From: Lama glama
Taxonomy: Eukaryota
Direction: 5' to 3'
DNA length: 64,000 nt
Assembly (NCBI GenBank): GCA_028534125.1
Contig: CM052816.1
Location: 79,176,001 to 79,240,000 of the forward strand
Part shown: piece after piece, positions 41,675 to 56,100 of the stretch
Layout of the letters: every line of letters starts with the position of its first letter
How positions within the stretch are numbered: position 1 is the stretch's first letter
Notes under the pieces: model-generated
What the model was told of the DNA's origin: nothing
Databases searched by the model: none
The model's input: only the letters and a program-made list of their open reading frames with translations
Program-made: the position numbers and the translations under genes

Positions 41675-44600
41675 AGTTTGAGTGTTTAAATTATAATCCC
41701 AACCGTGTACCCCAGTGTTCCTGCACCTCCTATCAGATGGTCCATTTTTAGGTAGAAGAATTCATCTACTTTTATGACTGGCTGTAAATCTTCATGTGCC
41801 TTTGTCCTCATTTGGGGACCAGAATGAGACTCCACGTTAGCCTCCACTTCTGTAACTGAATCTTTAGTTTCTCTGCCTGTGGAAGCGTCAGTTTGGGAAA
41901 TAGATTTAGAATGATATTTTGGGGTCATTTTAAGGCCTGGTGTGATACTGGAGACCATTTCCTTGAGTGGTAGAGTCAGGACTGTTCCTGTGGTTAAATT
42001 CTGAGGCTGGGCTGTGCTTTCAGAATTTATGCGGGACATCTTCTTGCGTGAGTAGGCAGATCACACCAATGGGCTGGTGGGACATTCATCTCCCTCTTCT
42101 CTGCCGCTGGCTCATGATGCACAAGAGGTAGGTGGGGCACAGACCAGGATCACAGGCACCCTCCAAAGCAGATTCTCCATCCTGACACTTCATGGCTCAA
42201 AGCCTTTCTCCTCCCAGCTCTAAGCTCTGGTTTCATATCATTGATGTGTGAGAATCTCCCCAGGAAAGGCTTCTAAGCAAAGGCAGCCCCCACTGCTGGA
42301 AAACAGATATCGAAACTATAGCTTGCTCTCGCTGTGGGTTCTGTGACTGGGCCAGAGATGAAAATACAGTGACTAGCCCTCTGGCTCTGGTACTGAAGGT
42401 AATGACCTTGTTACTCAGGGACAGTCCTCATCTTTGTCACCTCTTTCCCTGGCTGCACTCATCTCCTGGTTTGGAGAGATGGATTGAGGGTAATGGTCCC
42501 CTTTAAGATCTTATATATTTAAGGGGTTTTGGATTTAGGATCAGAACACAGTTATTTTGAACCAATTCACTTGTTTACTGTTTACTTTGCAGATTTGGAA
42601 GTTGAGATCAGGGTACACATAGATTTAAAAATTGGAAAAACAGATATTTCTGGATGAGAATTATAGTCATCGTTAAAAAGGACACCTTGCTTTGTTGGTT
42701 GTTGAGAAACTGAACTCTCAGTTCTCCTGATGACAGGCTAGAAAGGGACACTTTTCTTGAGGATGAGAGCATCGCCATATGAGAAGCTAGCTCTTTGGCA
42801 AATTAATTGCACAAGTCTTGGTTTCCACCAGATTTATTATCTAGGCTTATGTAGAGGGTGGCAGTCCAGAAATGCCAAGTATTTTGAAGAAATACATAGA
42901 AGTGATGTAGGAAGCCAGGAGAAATTATGAAGGGATGTACGGAAAAAAATACCCGTGTTTTCTGCAGGCTGCACCTTGCAGATTGTGACCAAGGAGAGGT
43001 CCTGGTCACCTGGGCACAATAGGTTTCAAGCCTACTGCTCTAGATAATTTGTGTTTTTGATTCTGGAATGACTCATGCCTCTGCTTCACTGGGGCCATAG
43101 AATTAGCATGTGATTCAGAAGGACTAGGTTTCAGCTATCAGCTTTGTCTTCCCCAGTAGTACTTACTTCCTGTCTAATTGGGGCACGAGGCACAGCTATC
43201 AGATTTCAGATAACCCGGGCCTCACAGTGTAGTTGGTCACATCCAATCACCACTTGCTAAGGTTAGGTTCTGGGCTGCAGCGAAGATTGCACCACGGCCC
43301 CCTCGTACTCCATAAACCAGATCTAATAACCTGGTGGTCAAAGATCACCCCACTCCTGTTCTCAGTCTTAACCTGTGATTTCTGTCTTTGTCAGGAATCA
43401 CTCATTATTTAACTCTATTCCTTCTGGTAGCAGTGGGAAGAACAGACAAGGGCCATTAAAAAAATCATGTGCTAATATTTTTCTGGGTATAGTTTTTGTT
43501 TATTTAACCTACACATTTGAGACATTGCTCCATTTGCAATTAAAAAAATTTTTTTTTTTTAAAGTAACCACTTGGGTCAGAAGATAAAACACAAAAAATT
43601 CTCCAAAACAACCCTTGGGAGCATCTCACCTGTTGGGCCTGGACCCCAGGTAGGGAATTACATAAATAAGCCAAAGAGGAGAGGTTGACATTGACAGCTT
43701 TTCACGAAACGGGAACAATGTAGATAAAAATTCTGAGAAGCAGGATTGGTCAGAATAAGCCACCAGTATCAGTACTGAATCTGAAGTTCTAACCCCCCCA
43801 AAGGCAAACCCAGGCAAGAACGGAGGAGACCCTGACTCTCAAGAGCTGGTGTACACCTTGCCTGAATTTCATTCAGAGGCATTCAGAGGACGACGGAGAA
43901 ACCCAGGATGCGTCAGTTGAATTGTAGACTGAGGCAGAATTCTTCCAGCCAGCCTGTGGGGCAGATTTTCACAGTCCTTTAAACTTTAATCGGATTTCTT
44001 CCCAGACCCAGGGGGCACCCTGGAGGACCATTAAGGGTTTTTGTGGTTTGTTGGCGAGCTTGGAGTCACATTTCATACCATAACAGCAGCTTGCAAGGCA
44101 GAGCTGGATCCCCTCTAAGGGGGCCTGCAGATTTGCTTTGCATACATCATGGTTTTAGGGTGAAAATACATCTCATCAAAAAATATTTCCTGAACCACTG
44201 CTATGTGCCATGTTCTGGTCTAGGTTGTGGGGATAGGCAATGCACTAGAACAAGTGTCAACAAAACTGCTGGCCTTCAGACCACTCTAACTGCCCACAGT
44301 CTGCAAGAGATCAGAGAGGAAAGGAACTGGGCACTGAAATTCCCCTCTCTGAGTCCCATCCAGTTTCTGAAGCAGGATGATTGGGACCCTTCACATGGTG
44401 GTGTGTTGAGGAACTTTGTAGTAAATTTGAAGAATGTAGACAATCAAGAAAAATACCCCTCTATTCTTGGAGGTAGATCACCGTCTGGCCCTTCACTTTT
44501 CCTGGCCCGTGTGGATCGCTTCACTGAGCCACGAGAGTCCAGGAAGGTCATGGTTCGATCCTCATTAGGCTGCCTACAGATGCAATTGATTCTGCTGATG

Positions 44601-46752
44601 TTTAATCAAATGGAGGTGAAATTAACCAGATGTATCCATTCTTGCATGGTGTGTGGGTGCCTTGCTGCTCTTTCTTCATGAAATTCTACTAACATCCTTG
44701 GAGTAGCATACTTTTTGGGATTTATGCATGTGTCTCTTGGGCATACAATAAAAAACTTCACAAATTCCAGGTTTTCAGATGAGTCAGCAAACTTGCTTTT
44801 CTGGAAATTATAGGCTGTTCTTTTAAACAAAGAGCCTGTTGAAAGACACAGCAAAGTTTTAAAGCTTAGAAATGCTTGTGATTCAGGGGAAAATCAAAGG
44901 TGCCAAGGCTCCGACAGATTGTCATGTGATGTTATTTTCATGTAACTGAGTCTTTGAAAGCCGTGTTTCTGAGCATAGTTATACCCCTCCAAGTTGCTTA
45001 TATGAAAATGACATAAACCTTGATAGAGATGGTGATTTCTTTTGCTATAATTAAAAAATGCACTAAATGAATCCCCCCAAATTATATGTTATGAAACAGA
45101 TGACAGGTGAAATCTGTTGAAAGAAACATAAACTCATGATTGATGGGGGTTTTGAGAACTGCGCTGGGTGAGAAGAGTTCCTTCTGCCATCTCAGTTGGT
45201 GCGGTGAGAGGTTGTGGTGAAACAGCTCTTCCTCTCTGAGAATAGCACAACCTTCTTGTTTCATTCTCACACCTGCTTCACCAGAGCCAGTATTTTCCCT
45301 TGTAAACAGAGTGGAAGGTGCTCCTCAGGGAAGAAACCCACTGCAAATATGAGCATCCAGCCAGCAGCTGAGGTTTTGATCATGGACCTTGTGACTCCCA
45401 GAAAGAACATCTCAAAGTGTCAGGGCCTCTTTTCTTCTGTTCTGGATTCTTCTCTGTCTTGTTCACAAACAGAGTTTATTTATTACTGCTCTGGAGTATT
45501 ATAAACATCCTCACAGCCACTGGACACTGTGGACACAATTTCTGTTTCACCTGAGTCCTTGTGAGCACCAGGGGTTTCCGGTTCCCACCTTTGCTCCTAA
45601 GAGCTCAGATGTGGAAAGGGTGCCACCCAGCTTTCCCTTACGCTGCCCACACGACCATCACTCATCTCCAGTTTTATTCTGTTCTGGACCTCATAATCAA
45701 TTTATGAGGAACCCAGTGACTCAGAGGTCAAGCACCTGAAATTTGAAGCAAGATCTGCCTGTAGTTTGTAATCACGTCATCAAAGCCCTGGGTACCTATT
45801 GCTTTGCTGGCCTTAACACTTGGCACTCAGGGATGGGTATTGATTCTGGGAACATCTTGATCTTAAACTTGAAAAGTTTGAGTTGCTGGTCTCCTAGAAA
45901 CGCTCAGGCCACCCGTGGAACTGGAGACAATCAGTGCTCCAAGGGAGCCTTAGAACAGAACAGCGACCTGCAGTTGAGAGAAGATGACAGATGCTGAGTG
46001 GCCTGCCTTCCAGGGTCACTGTGAGTCCCAGAGTGCTTCCTCCCTGATGGGATAAAGTGCTGCTCGAACACAGGCTATTATCAAATGTAGGCACCACCTC
46101 AGGAAACCCAGCTCATTCCTTTAGTTTCCAAGGAAACTGGGCAATAAAATACCATGCCACCAATTTCATACTAATACCTAAAATCTCATTTAGCAATATC
46201 ATTCAACATCCACTTACTTAAGGTTATCTTTGAAGCTGCAAGCTGAATATAGTACATCACCATTAATTCAGGCTCCAATAATTGAGCTCATTTAGATATG
46301 GTTTCAGTGACAATTTACTTGTTACAGTTTCATCTATACTAAAAAAAAAAATCGGGATCTTTAATCAAGTCAGTAGTTTAAGGAATAAAGGCTGTGCTTA
46401 CTTATATTCATCGATGTTTTACGGATGCTTGGAGAAATCCATTTACATACAAACGTAATTAGTATGCTAGTCGCAAAAAGTTCCCACGTATACAACGAAC
46501 CCAGGTCAAAAGTTAAATGATAATATTTTATTTGCATAACTGAAATACCAGCTATTTTCTAGATGGTGAAGTGTTCCTATGTGCAAGTCGTCTCTTGCTA
46601 GGATTTTTACACAGAAATTGAATAGAAATTATGCTCAAAAGCAATGTTTTATAACGTAGATTTCCCCAGATATTTATGATATAAAATTTTAAATATTTGG
46701 TTTAAACCACTAGACCTGTTTCTAGAGGCAAGCTAGGTATGCATTGAAATTA

Positions 46753-47115
46753 AGAACTTGTCTTTTTTTTTATGGAAGTATAGTCAATTTACAATGTTGT
46801 ATTAATTTCTGGTGGACAGCATAGTGATTCATTTATACATATATGTATATTCCTTTTCATATTCTTCTTCGTTATAAGCCATTACAAGGTACTGAATATA
46901 GTTCCTTGTGCTACACAGTAGGACCTTGCTTATCTAGTCTGGTGATGATTTTCCTTGTAGTTCCACCTGTACAAGGCTTTCTGCCAGAGTCCAGCAGGTT
47001 TTCTGTGAGCTTTGCTCCACATGTAGATGTATTTTTGATGTATTTGTGGGAGAGGGTGAGCCCTGTGTTCTTCTGTTCTGCTGTCTTGAAGCTGATCTCT
47101 TGAGAACTTGTCTTT
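46753..47115 (-). mobile_element. Short bipartite L1-derived insertion (5'UTR start fused to 3' end) with 13-bp TSD
   Basis: AGAACTTGTCTTT at 46753-46765 and 47103-47115; poly-T at the left end; 46770-46935 matches the L1 3' end at 33785+, and 46935-47100 matches the L1 5' end at 13400-13560. Confidence 0.8.
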
Positions 47116-48144
47116 AATGGCAATTGTTAGAATATCATTTCTAGGACCCAAAGGTTGAGAAGTTTTTGAGCTGCAAAGTTAGATATGGTTTAATTTATAA
47201 TACCAACTGTGTCATTTTGTCACAGTTATCAGACTGTGCCTTGCTATCAACATAATTCTGATTTAAAAGAATTTCTGCAATTTAAGACTTGAGACATTAA
47301 ATGTGCTTGTAATAAAAGTTCATCTAGCTTTTATATTTCCATTTTAAAGTGTTTCCAGAATATATTTCTTCTTATTAGCTAACATGTTACATATCATGCT
47401 TCTTTAAAAGTTTGCTCCCCCTATGGTGCCTTTGGATCCTTTAAAAATTTTACTTGTGTGCTGTTTCAGTTACAGGTGATGAAATTTCCTTGAAAATGAT
47501 AAGGCCCTGTTCAGATTGTACCCTCTTGTGCTTTCAAAAGAACAAAATGTAATTACCCATCAAACCATTATTTTGACAGCCAAGAATGAGAGTTTGAAAA
47601 TTTGATGTTACTATTCCTTTTCCTGCAGGGTTGGTCTACTCTCAACTAACGGGGGTCAAGCAAGTTCCCAGAATACCCGGCCTCTGGGGGTGCTTCCATG
47701 ACTGTGGGGAATATTGTTGCTCTGTGGGCTGCTATTAGGGAACAGGGGAGATTAGGAGGGAGGGGAGAGAGATGGAACCAGGGGCTGATTACTGCTCTTT
47801 GTGTTTTTGCTCTTTCCTCTATTGCCGGTTGTAGGAAGCACAGGGCCAGCCATGAAACATTAACACATATCCTGGCCAACTTGAGAAGCTGGGAGAGTTT
47901 GCCTTTAGCACCTTCCAACCAGCTCATCCCCTGCACCCTTCTATTGAACCCCAGGCATCGTTTATTCCTGAGTGCCCATGGGTCCTGGGAGGTGCCCCAT
48001 TCTCTAGTTTTATCCCTATCTGTATGTTTGGTCTAGACTCCCTTTCACTAAAGAGCTTTTTATCTGTTCATTTATGATATAAACTTTTCTACCTTAAAGT
48101 ATTGATAATGACCCCAAGTGTGATCATACAGAGTATATTCTAGA

Positions 48145-48330
48145 GCAGCACTGTCCCATAGAACTTTCTGAGATGATGGAAATGCCCTGTATTGGATTGT
48201 CCAAGCTGTCCACCACCAGCCACAGGTGGCTAGTGTGACTGAGGAACTGAGTATTTCATTGTGTTTAATTTTAACTCATTTAAATTTCAAAAGGCACATG
48301 TGGTTAGTGGCCATTGTATTGGATACCAGC
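48145..48330. mobile_element. MER3-like hAT MITE
   Basis: gcagcactgtcccatagaactttctgagatgatggaaatg...gcacatgtggttagtggccattgtattggata. Confidence 0.7.
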
Positions 48331-48509
48331 TCTAGGGCTTTTTATCTTAATGCAAGAAATGATGGCCGTGGGGAAACTGTAGCTGGCCAGTGGGTAGATG
48401 GGTTTTTGGTGGCCCTTGCAAATGTTCTGTCTCCGAGCGAAAAGGCAAGCCAGTCTCCCCTGCCCAACTCGCCTGAGCCTGCTGGGTGGCCGGTGGCCAA
48501 ACTCAATAG

Positions 48510-48704
<195 letters not shown>

Positions 48705-49163
48705 CTTTTGTCTGCTAATTCTTTTGCAAATCAGGGACTGTCAGAGAGTGGAATGAGTTTTTAAAAAGTCCAATGCCAGAGAGTTTTGATAAAATGTAAA
48801 CTAAAGTTTCTGAAAGCTCTGGCATTTTGAAAACAATAGACCTTCGATCATCTTATTTCATTACCTGGAATGTGTCCATTTCCTTATATGCCTGAGGATA
48901 TAGTTTTAAATCAGAAAGAAAGGAAGAAAAGCAGGAAGCAAGGAAGAAAGAAAACCATGAAGTGAGACTGGGAGGTATTTCTTAGGTGAACTAGCACACT
49001 TCTTATTACAGCTCTTCTTCTTGTAAGTGTAGATGCAAACATCTCTTTATACCTTCAATTTGTCTGCTGTCTTCAGTGGCTGTAGCAGAGGTGATAACAA
49101 AAGGGCTGGAGGAACAGTTTTCTGTACAAAATTTCCTGAGCCTCCTTATTTTAATACTTTACA

Positions 49164-49169
49164 AATAAA
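49164..49169 (+). terminator. CAPSL: Candidate polyA signal for the alternative CAPSL exon
   Basis: AATAAA followed ~30 nt later by a T/GT-rich element (tttttgtgtgctattttt). Confidence 0.5.
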
Positions 49170-51699
49170 GTTTATTTTATTCTGAAATTCAGCGACTAAT
49201 TTTTGTGTGCTATTTTTATAGTGTAATCCAGGGGTTTAAACCCAGCAAATTCCTGCTCTTGCGTGAACAGGGGACCTAAGTGTTTCTCATGACCAAAGGA
49301 AGGTGAGCTCAGCTGGTCCACCTGGCTGAAGGCTGGGCTTCTGTGGAGAGGCTCGCTTCCTGGATCAGCCTATCAGGATTAGAGAGATGCACCAGGAAAG
49401 AGAATTGCCTATCAGAAGTCTTGGAGGCTTTCTGGAGCTTTAGGTTAAACTGGTGGTGGTGGGGGGAGCACTTTGAAACTGTTTTGGGAATTTATCTTTT
49501 GAACCCACTCATCTAGGCTCCTCCCTAAGACAGGTGATATCAGATTTTCTGACCTATTTCTCTGCCTCTAGTTACTGCTTCTTAGGTAACAAACATGGCT
49601 GTACACACTCACAGGCCCTTCATCTTCTAAAAGAGGAAGAACTGAGGGTTAGGGAGAAGATGGAAGGCTAGATCTAGGCTTCTCAAACTTAATGAGCACA
49701 TCAATTGTATGGGAATCTTATCAATATGCTAATTCTGATTCAGAAGTCTGGGGTGAGGACTGAACTTTAGTCTTTCTGACCAGCTTCCCTATGTGGTTAA
49801 TGCCTGTGATCTTCAGATAACACTTTGAGTAGTGAGGGGTAAAGAGAAACCAGCTTGGATATTTCCAGAGCATTTGGCTTATTATTTCCTCACCTTTGCT
49901 TAACCAAACTAATTTACGAGTTTTGATGGCTGGGCTACCCTCTTTTCATCTTTAAAGTCATGAATGTTGAAGAAAGTATTAAGGAAAACTTATGTGCCCC
50001 TCAAGCATGTGTATCAGAGAAATAGTTCTTCCAAGAGGCCTTATGCAGAGATAATTCAATCAAAGAATTTCTCATAGTCCAGGACTGAGTCCTGCAGCCT
50101 TCTTGACTCGAAGATCTGAAGTTGCCAGCCCATCGAGTGTAGGTTCATCTCTTAAGAGAGACCTACACTGAGAAAGCTCATAGACACTGATGCTAAAACC
50201 AGCATCCAAACTATTCATCTGCCACAGAGAATGCAATTCTCGTGTTTGTTGAGACCAGATCAGAGAACCTTTTCTGGGTTTGTGGATGTGAGAGAATAAC
50301 AGCTTCTCTCTCAGTTCTGGGTGATTTTTAGCAGTTTATTCTCAAATATGATTCAGCAGTGCAAAAGGATATAGCTGTGGTATGTTAGGGTAGTGATAGC
50401 TGCTATAACAAATAAACCTTGACATTTACAAAAGCTCAAACACAATATATATTTAGTTTTCACTCATGAAACACTATTATGTATCTACTCTTCATGGTCA
50501 GTGACCAGCTTTCCTCTGTGTAGTGATTTTGGGTCACAGGATTCCTCCATATTGTGATTCTGCTGCTCTCTAGGGCTTTGCAACTAATAGCATCCATATG
50601 ACTGAAGGGGAAGAGGTATAGGGAAGGCTGAAGGGCTTTCTGAAAAGTTTTGATCTGGAGATGACACACGTCATTTTGACTGCAGTCCATTTGGTGATAA
50701 CTAGTCACATGATTACATTGAAATGCAAAGGAGGCTGCCAAGTGTAGTCCTGGGCAGGAAATCTTCTAGCCAATTAAAATCTATTTAATGGCAAGAGAAT
50801 ACAAATTTTAGTGGACAACTAGCTTTTTGAATAACCTTTGAAATAGCAGTCCCCTTGCCTTCCATTTTCTTAAGGAGGCATGCTTGGTTGGAGGTTGGAG
50901 ACATGCAGAACTGAGGTGTCTCTATCTTTAGCCATACTCGCAACAAAAAACCACCTTCTACAACTATATATGGTGATTATTTTCTAATCAGCAAGTCCTG
51001 TCATTTGGGCCTATGCCAAGCCTTGATATTCATGCTGCCATAACACTGAGGCAACTCATCCTTTATCTGCCCCTGTGACAGAGGACCTAGGAATTTTCCA
51101 TCTACATCTCTGTAGGGACTTTCTGTGGGGAGTTGGAGCTATGTCTTATCACATATAGTGGAACTGAGTTATTTATGTTGGTAAGTGACAAAAGCTTTTC
51201 CCTAGAGACAGAGCTCTTGTTGGAAACCTAATTATAATTATGAGGTTATTTGGTCATTGGAATTAGAACAAAGGGCATAAAGATTAAAATGTTTAATGAA
51301 ATCAGGTTAACAGTTTATTGCATTCATTTTCCAGTGAGACCATAATCTCTCCTCTGCAGTCCCTGGAGGGGACTAACAAAGACGTCCTCTCTGATCTCTT
51401 CCTTTTCAATGCTTCATAGCACTGAACATTAGTCAACAGTCCCCTGTAGGAGGGGTATACACTTCACTTTAGATATGTTAATTAGACATGTTAATGAAAT
51501 CACTCAAGATCTGGCCTGCCTTGCTTGCTTGGGGATGATGCTTGTCTCTTTAGGGTTATTTTATATACCTATGTTCTAATCCATTGTGTATAAAATATCA
51601 CAATGATTCTACCATTGCTCTGAGGGCTGTCTTATTTTCCTGTGATTCAGAGTATAACTTTCTCCAGTCAGCCCCAGTGAACTGACAACAAAAATCAGG

Positions 51700-52260
51700 T
51701 ACTTTCTTGTGTCATATTAGTGGGAAAAATAAAATCAGAAGAGAATGACCTTATCTGGAGGGAATTCATCAGAATAACTAATCACTGTGGTTCAATACAT
51801 CATGGGAAGGGAATGAACCAGCATAAGAACCTAGGTAGTCTCAGTATGAGGGCTGGTCACCAGAAAGACCAAAGGACCAACCACATGATTAGAGTGAAAA
51901 CTTTGGGCCATCCCAACCTCTGAGGAGAGGAGGGGTTCTGGAGGTGAAGTCATGTAGACAATGGTTTAGTCAACCATGATTACCTAATGAATCTCAGTAA
52001 AAGTCTTTGAACACTGAGGCTCAGTAGTACTTTCTGGTGAACAAATTGATGGGCTGGGAGGCTGACACACTTTGACCCCAGGAGAACAAAGAGTAACCTG
52101 GATTCTTTCTATGACTTCACCCTATATCTCTGCATCTGACTGGTCCCCCTGATCTGTATCGTTTATAATAAAATGGTAATTAGAAGTATAGAGCTTTCCT
52201 GAGTTCTGTGAGTCATTCTAGTGAATTACTGAAACTGATATGTTGTAGGAACCTGTATTT
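51700..52260. mobile_element. ERV-type LTR fragment (MER21-like)
   Basis: ttataataaaatggtaat...gagctttcctgagttctgtgagtcattctagtgaattactgaaactga. Confidence 0.5.
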
Positions 52261-53100
52261 CTAATCAAATGGCTATAAAATTACTGTGATACATACATTT
52301 GAATTTTTGCCATCTATTTCCAAATCGCCCTCTTAAAATTTTGTACTAATCTATCCTTCCACCAACAGTATATGAGAAAGCCTATTTTGCCATGCCTTTG
52401 GCAAGCACAGAAGTTTAGCAATCTTTTCAATTTTCTCAACTTAATAGACAAAAATCTACTTAATTCACTTTATTTGTATTTTTGCATTTTTTGATTCTGA
52501 ATGAGATTGAACATTTTTTTGTATTTTTATAGTCAATTTCTTCAGTGAATCTTCTGTTAATGTGCTTCAACCATTTCCCTCTTGGGTTGTTCATTTTCTG
52601 CTAATTAACTTGTAAAACTCTTGGATGTTAAGGATCTTAGCACTTTGCTTGTCATATTGCTACTATATTCTTCCAGTTTATTTTTATCTTTACTTTTTGT
52701 TGTGGATTTTGAAAATGCAATAAAAATTACTAATATTCTAAATTTTTTATAATCAAATGTATCAATCATTATGGCTTCTGGGTTTTACTTCTTATTTAAA
52801 AATGCTTTCCATATTAAAAATGTATAAAGTGATTCACTTTTGTCTTCTGGCTTATTGGTTTTCATTTTTTACATTATTTATTTCTTTGATCCATGTAAGA
52901 TTTATTTTGGTATAAGAAGTTGGTTAGCACTTTCCTTTTTATCCATAAGTGGCTAGTTTGTTGTTTCAATCTCTCTCTCCTTATAAAAAATAATCTACCT
53001 TTATTATGTTGATTAGAAATAGTAAATTCCTTTTAAGTATACAGATCTGGATACAGGTTCTCTGTTACATTCCACTGATTGTTCTATCAAAAAAAGAAAA
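52260..53100 (-). mobile_element. Very old L1 fragment
   Basis: ttccaccaacagtatatgag, atgagattgaacattttttt; T-rich antisense L1 pattern. Confidence 0.55.
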
Positions 53101-56100
53101 GAAAAAGAAGACAATATAGCCAAGGATATCTGTAATTTTTTTACTTCTAAGTGTATCATGATAATAATTTATATTGATTGCCATTAAAATGTGAATAAAA
53201 TGTAAAAATCTCTCTTATAGTTAGTTTCTTCTCAATTCTTTTCTTCTCCAGAATTGTGCAAGCTCTTCTTGAACACGTATTTTCCCATGTGATATTTGGA
53301 ATAATAGCATATATATATACGTACAAGATGTGGAAGACTGCACATCAGTTATTAGGTATTATGAGTGGGATAGACGAGTAGCACTTTTACTTGTTACATT
53401 ACATATGCCCATATGTCCGTGTTTCTTGAATTTTGGGGAGGAAGCAAGTATTAGTTTAGTAATGAAGTTTCACTAAAGATTTAAAGAAATAAGTCAATAT
53501 CTGAAAATGTTGTAATCAAAGTTCCGAGTCTTTGTGTCTTTTAGTGTATTTTTTTTTTCACTTGATCTCCTTGTATTCTCCAGATATGCATTCATTTCAT
53601 CTGCCAATAATCATCATTTGGTTTCTTCTTGTCTAATATACATGTTTCTTACTTTTCTCCTTGTCTGCTTGCATTTCCTAGCATTTCTAGGACAACATTA
53701 AGTGTGGTGACAGTGGAATTTCTTTTGTGTTATCTCTAAATATAACGGAGTATAACCTTTAATATTTCCCCATTGAGCACTATCCTGGTTTATGTTTCAT
53801 TCTTATTTTGCTGAAGAATTTTATTAGAAAAAATAAACCCTAAGCATCACTCAAACCTACCTTGGCAAATTCCTACTAAAATTCACAAAAATTTATTAAT
53901 AAGTAAAAAGGGGATTTTATAGCATATTCATCAGTCTCATGCTGAAGCATTTATTGAACTTTCATCTAATGAAACTAATTATTCCATAGGATATAAAAGT
54001 AGTATTTCACAATTATCAGTGAATAACAGTATCTTTAGCTCAATATTAAAATGTTTTCTGATTATTTTGCATTTTGTCAAATGGTTAATGCAGTCTATAC
54101 TTTGCAACAACTAATTTGTCATAAAAAAAGGTCCTTCTCAGTCTCTGTAAGTTCTTAACTCCTTCTTGATGATAGATCTTTACCAAGAGTAGAAAGGAAT
54201 TGATCTTCATAATTTATCATTGAGGGATCCAATAGATTAAACTCAAGTATTTCTTCTACAGAATTCAGACTTGAAATTTGATTTTTCAAACCTCAGGGGC
54301 TTTGTGTGTTGTTTGCGTCACATTTGGTTTTTACCAGTGTCCTGAGCAGTGGTAACGTGTCCCTCGGACCCACCAGGTTTCATGCATCTCACGTTCTTTG
54401 TCTGAGCAGCTGCCTCATTGCAAGCAACACACAAATCCCACACAAATGCCACAAGCTATTCAAATTCAGAAACTGGGTTAGACTTCAAATGCGCATCTAA
54501 AATACACTAAGTAATTGAACAAACAAAATTAAATTCAGATCCTCATGAAAGAAATGAAACTTTGGAAAATTCTTCCCCACCCTATCCCGCCATATTGTTT
54601 CTCCGCTTCTGTGGTTACAGTGGTTAAGAGCGCAGCTGAGGAGGTAACTGTGGATGCAGAAGACAACTGACGCCTCACACATGGCTGCCCAGATGGGCTG
54701 CTCTCTCAGGGGTGCTGTGCCTGCCTCAGCCTGAGCGTCCTGGCTTGGCATTCTTTTGTCATGAATGGCGATGAAGAAGTTCATTAACTACTACGGCATA
54801 ACTTATTAATATGTTGATTCATTCATCCTATGTTTATGGTTGAGCGCCTTCTAGACTTCAGGTACTGCGTTTAGCAGCAGACATAAAGCCCAGTAAGTCG
54901 GAGCTCTCTCTGCCAGAGTACTCAGAAGCCCATGGGCGGAGTGGTGGTCAGACAAATTAGGCAGCTCCAAATCAGTGTGCTGACAATACAGCTAAGTACA
55001 AAGTGCAATAAGATTCCTCCATAAACCCTGGCACCAACATGAAATTTACTATCCCACACCCCTGATTAACATCCTCCCAGTATTCCCTTCCGGCAGACTA
55101 AATCAAGACTTCTTAGACTGGCATGTCAGTCTAAATGCTTAGTCATTGACTCCACCAGTTCTGCCAAGTGCCATCTCAGCCACCGCTCAGCCGACTTTCT
55201 GGATGAGGGATGCCAGGCTAAGTAGATGCCTGTAGATGTTTCCACCAAACCACCTGCCATATGGACCAGCACACTCCATTGTCTGCGAGATACATTGACA
55301 CTCACATCAAGACTTGGCCATTGGCAGTTTGTCCTCTAGTGCCCAACAAGAAAGACATAAGCTCACCGAGTCAGTTGTGTGTGTTCCCAAACTCGGGGAT
55401 GCCAGTCGGACTTGTTACTATAATTTCATGATGTGAGCTGGAGAAATGCGAGGATGCCAAAAATAGACTCCTGTTGATTCATGAGAACTACCTCCAGTGG
55501 TTTGAGAAGACTTGATAAAGGTATCTTGAAAGAATATCGCTAGCAAACAGGTTGGGAAACATGATGGTAAAAGACTGGGATGGAAGGATATCTTTAAAAG
55601 GGTAGGTGGCTACACAGATTTCTTCAAAAGTCCTTTTCCATTTTAAAGAATGCAAAACTAGAGTAGTTGAAGTGTTACTGGGGTGTGTGACTGCACACCC
55701 AGAGGAACAGCCTTGGCTTTGTCACAAAAGAGTGCTGGATGGACATACACTCATATGTTTTAAATTAAAATAAATTGTTCAACACAGATATATAATATTT
55801 TTTTTATGAAAGTGCCCTAGGTCTGGCTTTCAGAAGTAACCGCCAACACACTACTGTCCCCAGCTGGGACAGATAAGGAGACGTCACCTACTGTATCTGT
55901 AACTCCCCAGATGGACCATACTCCATCACGGCTCCATCACTTTGAATGTGATGCTTCCTCTACCCAGAAATGCCCTCTCTCTACTCTGGACCTTACCTGG
56001 CACACTCCCACTCACTCTGCACCGCCACATCGGGTGTGGCGTCCTCCAAGTCACCCCTTCTTGGCGCTTCTTCCTTAATGTGTCCTTGTTCTTTTTTTCC

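Noticed and set aside
44043..44681. 212-aa ORF between the two CAPSL last exons
   Set aside because: GTG start, no recognisable domain, and it partly overlaps L2-like sequence; likely chance.
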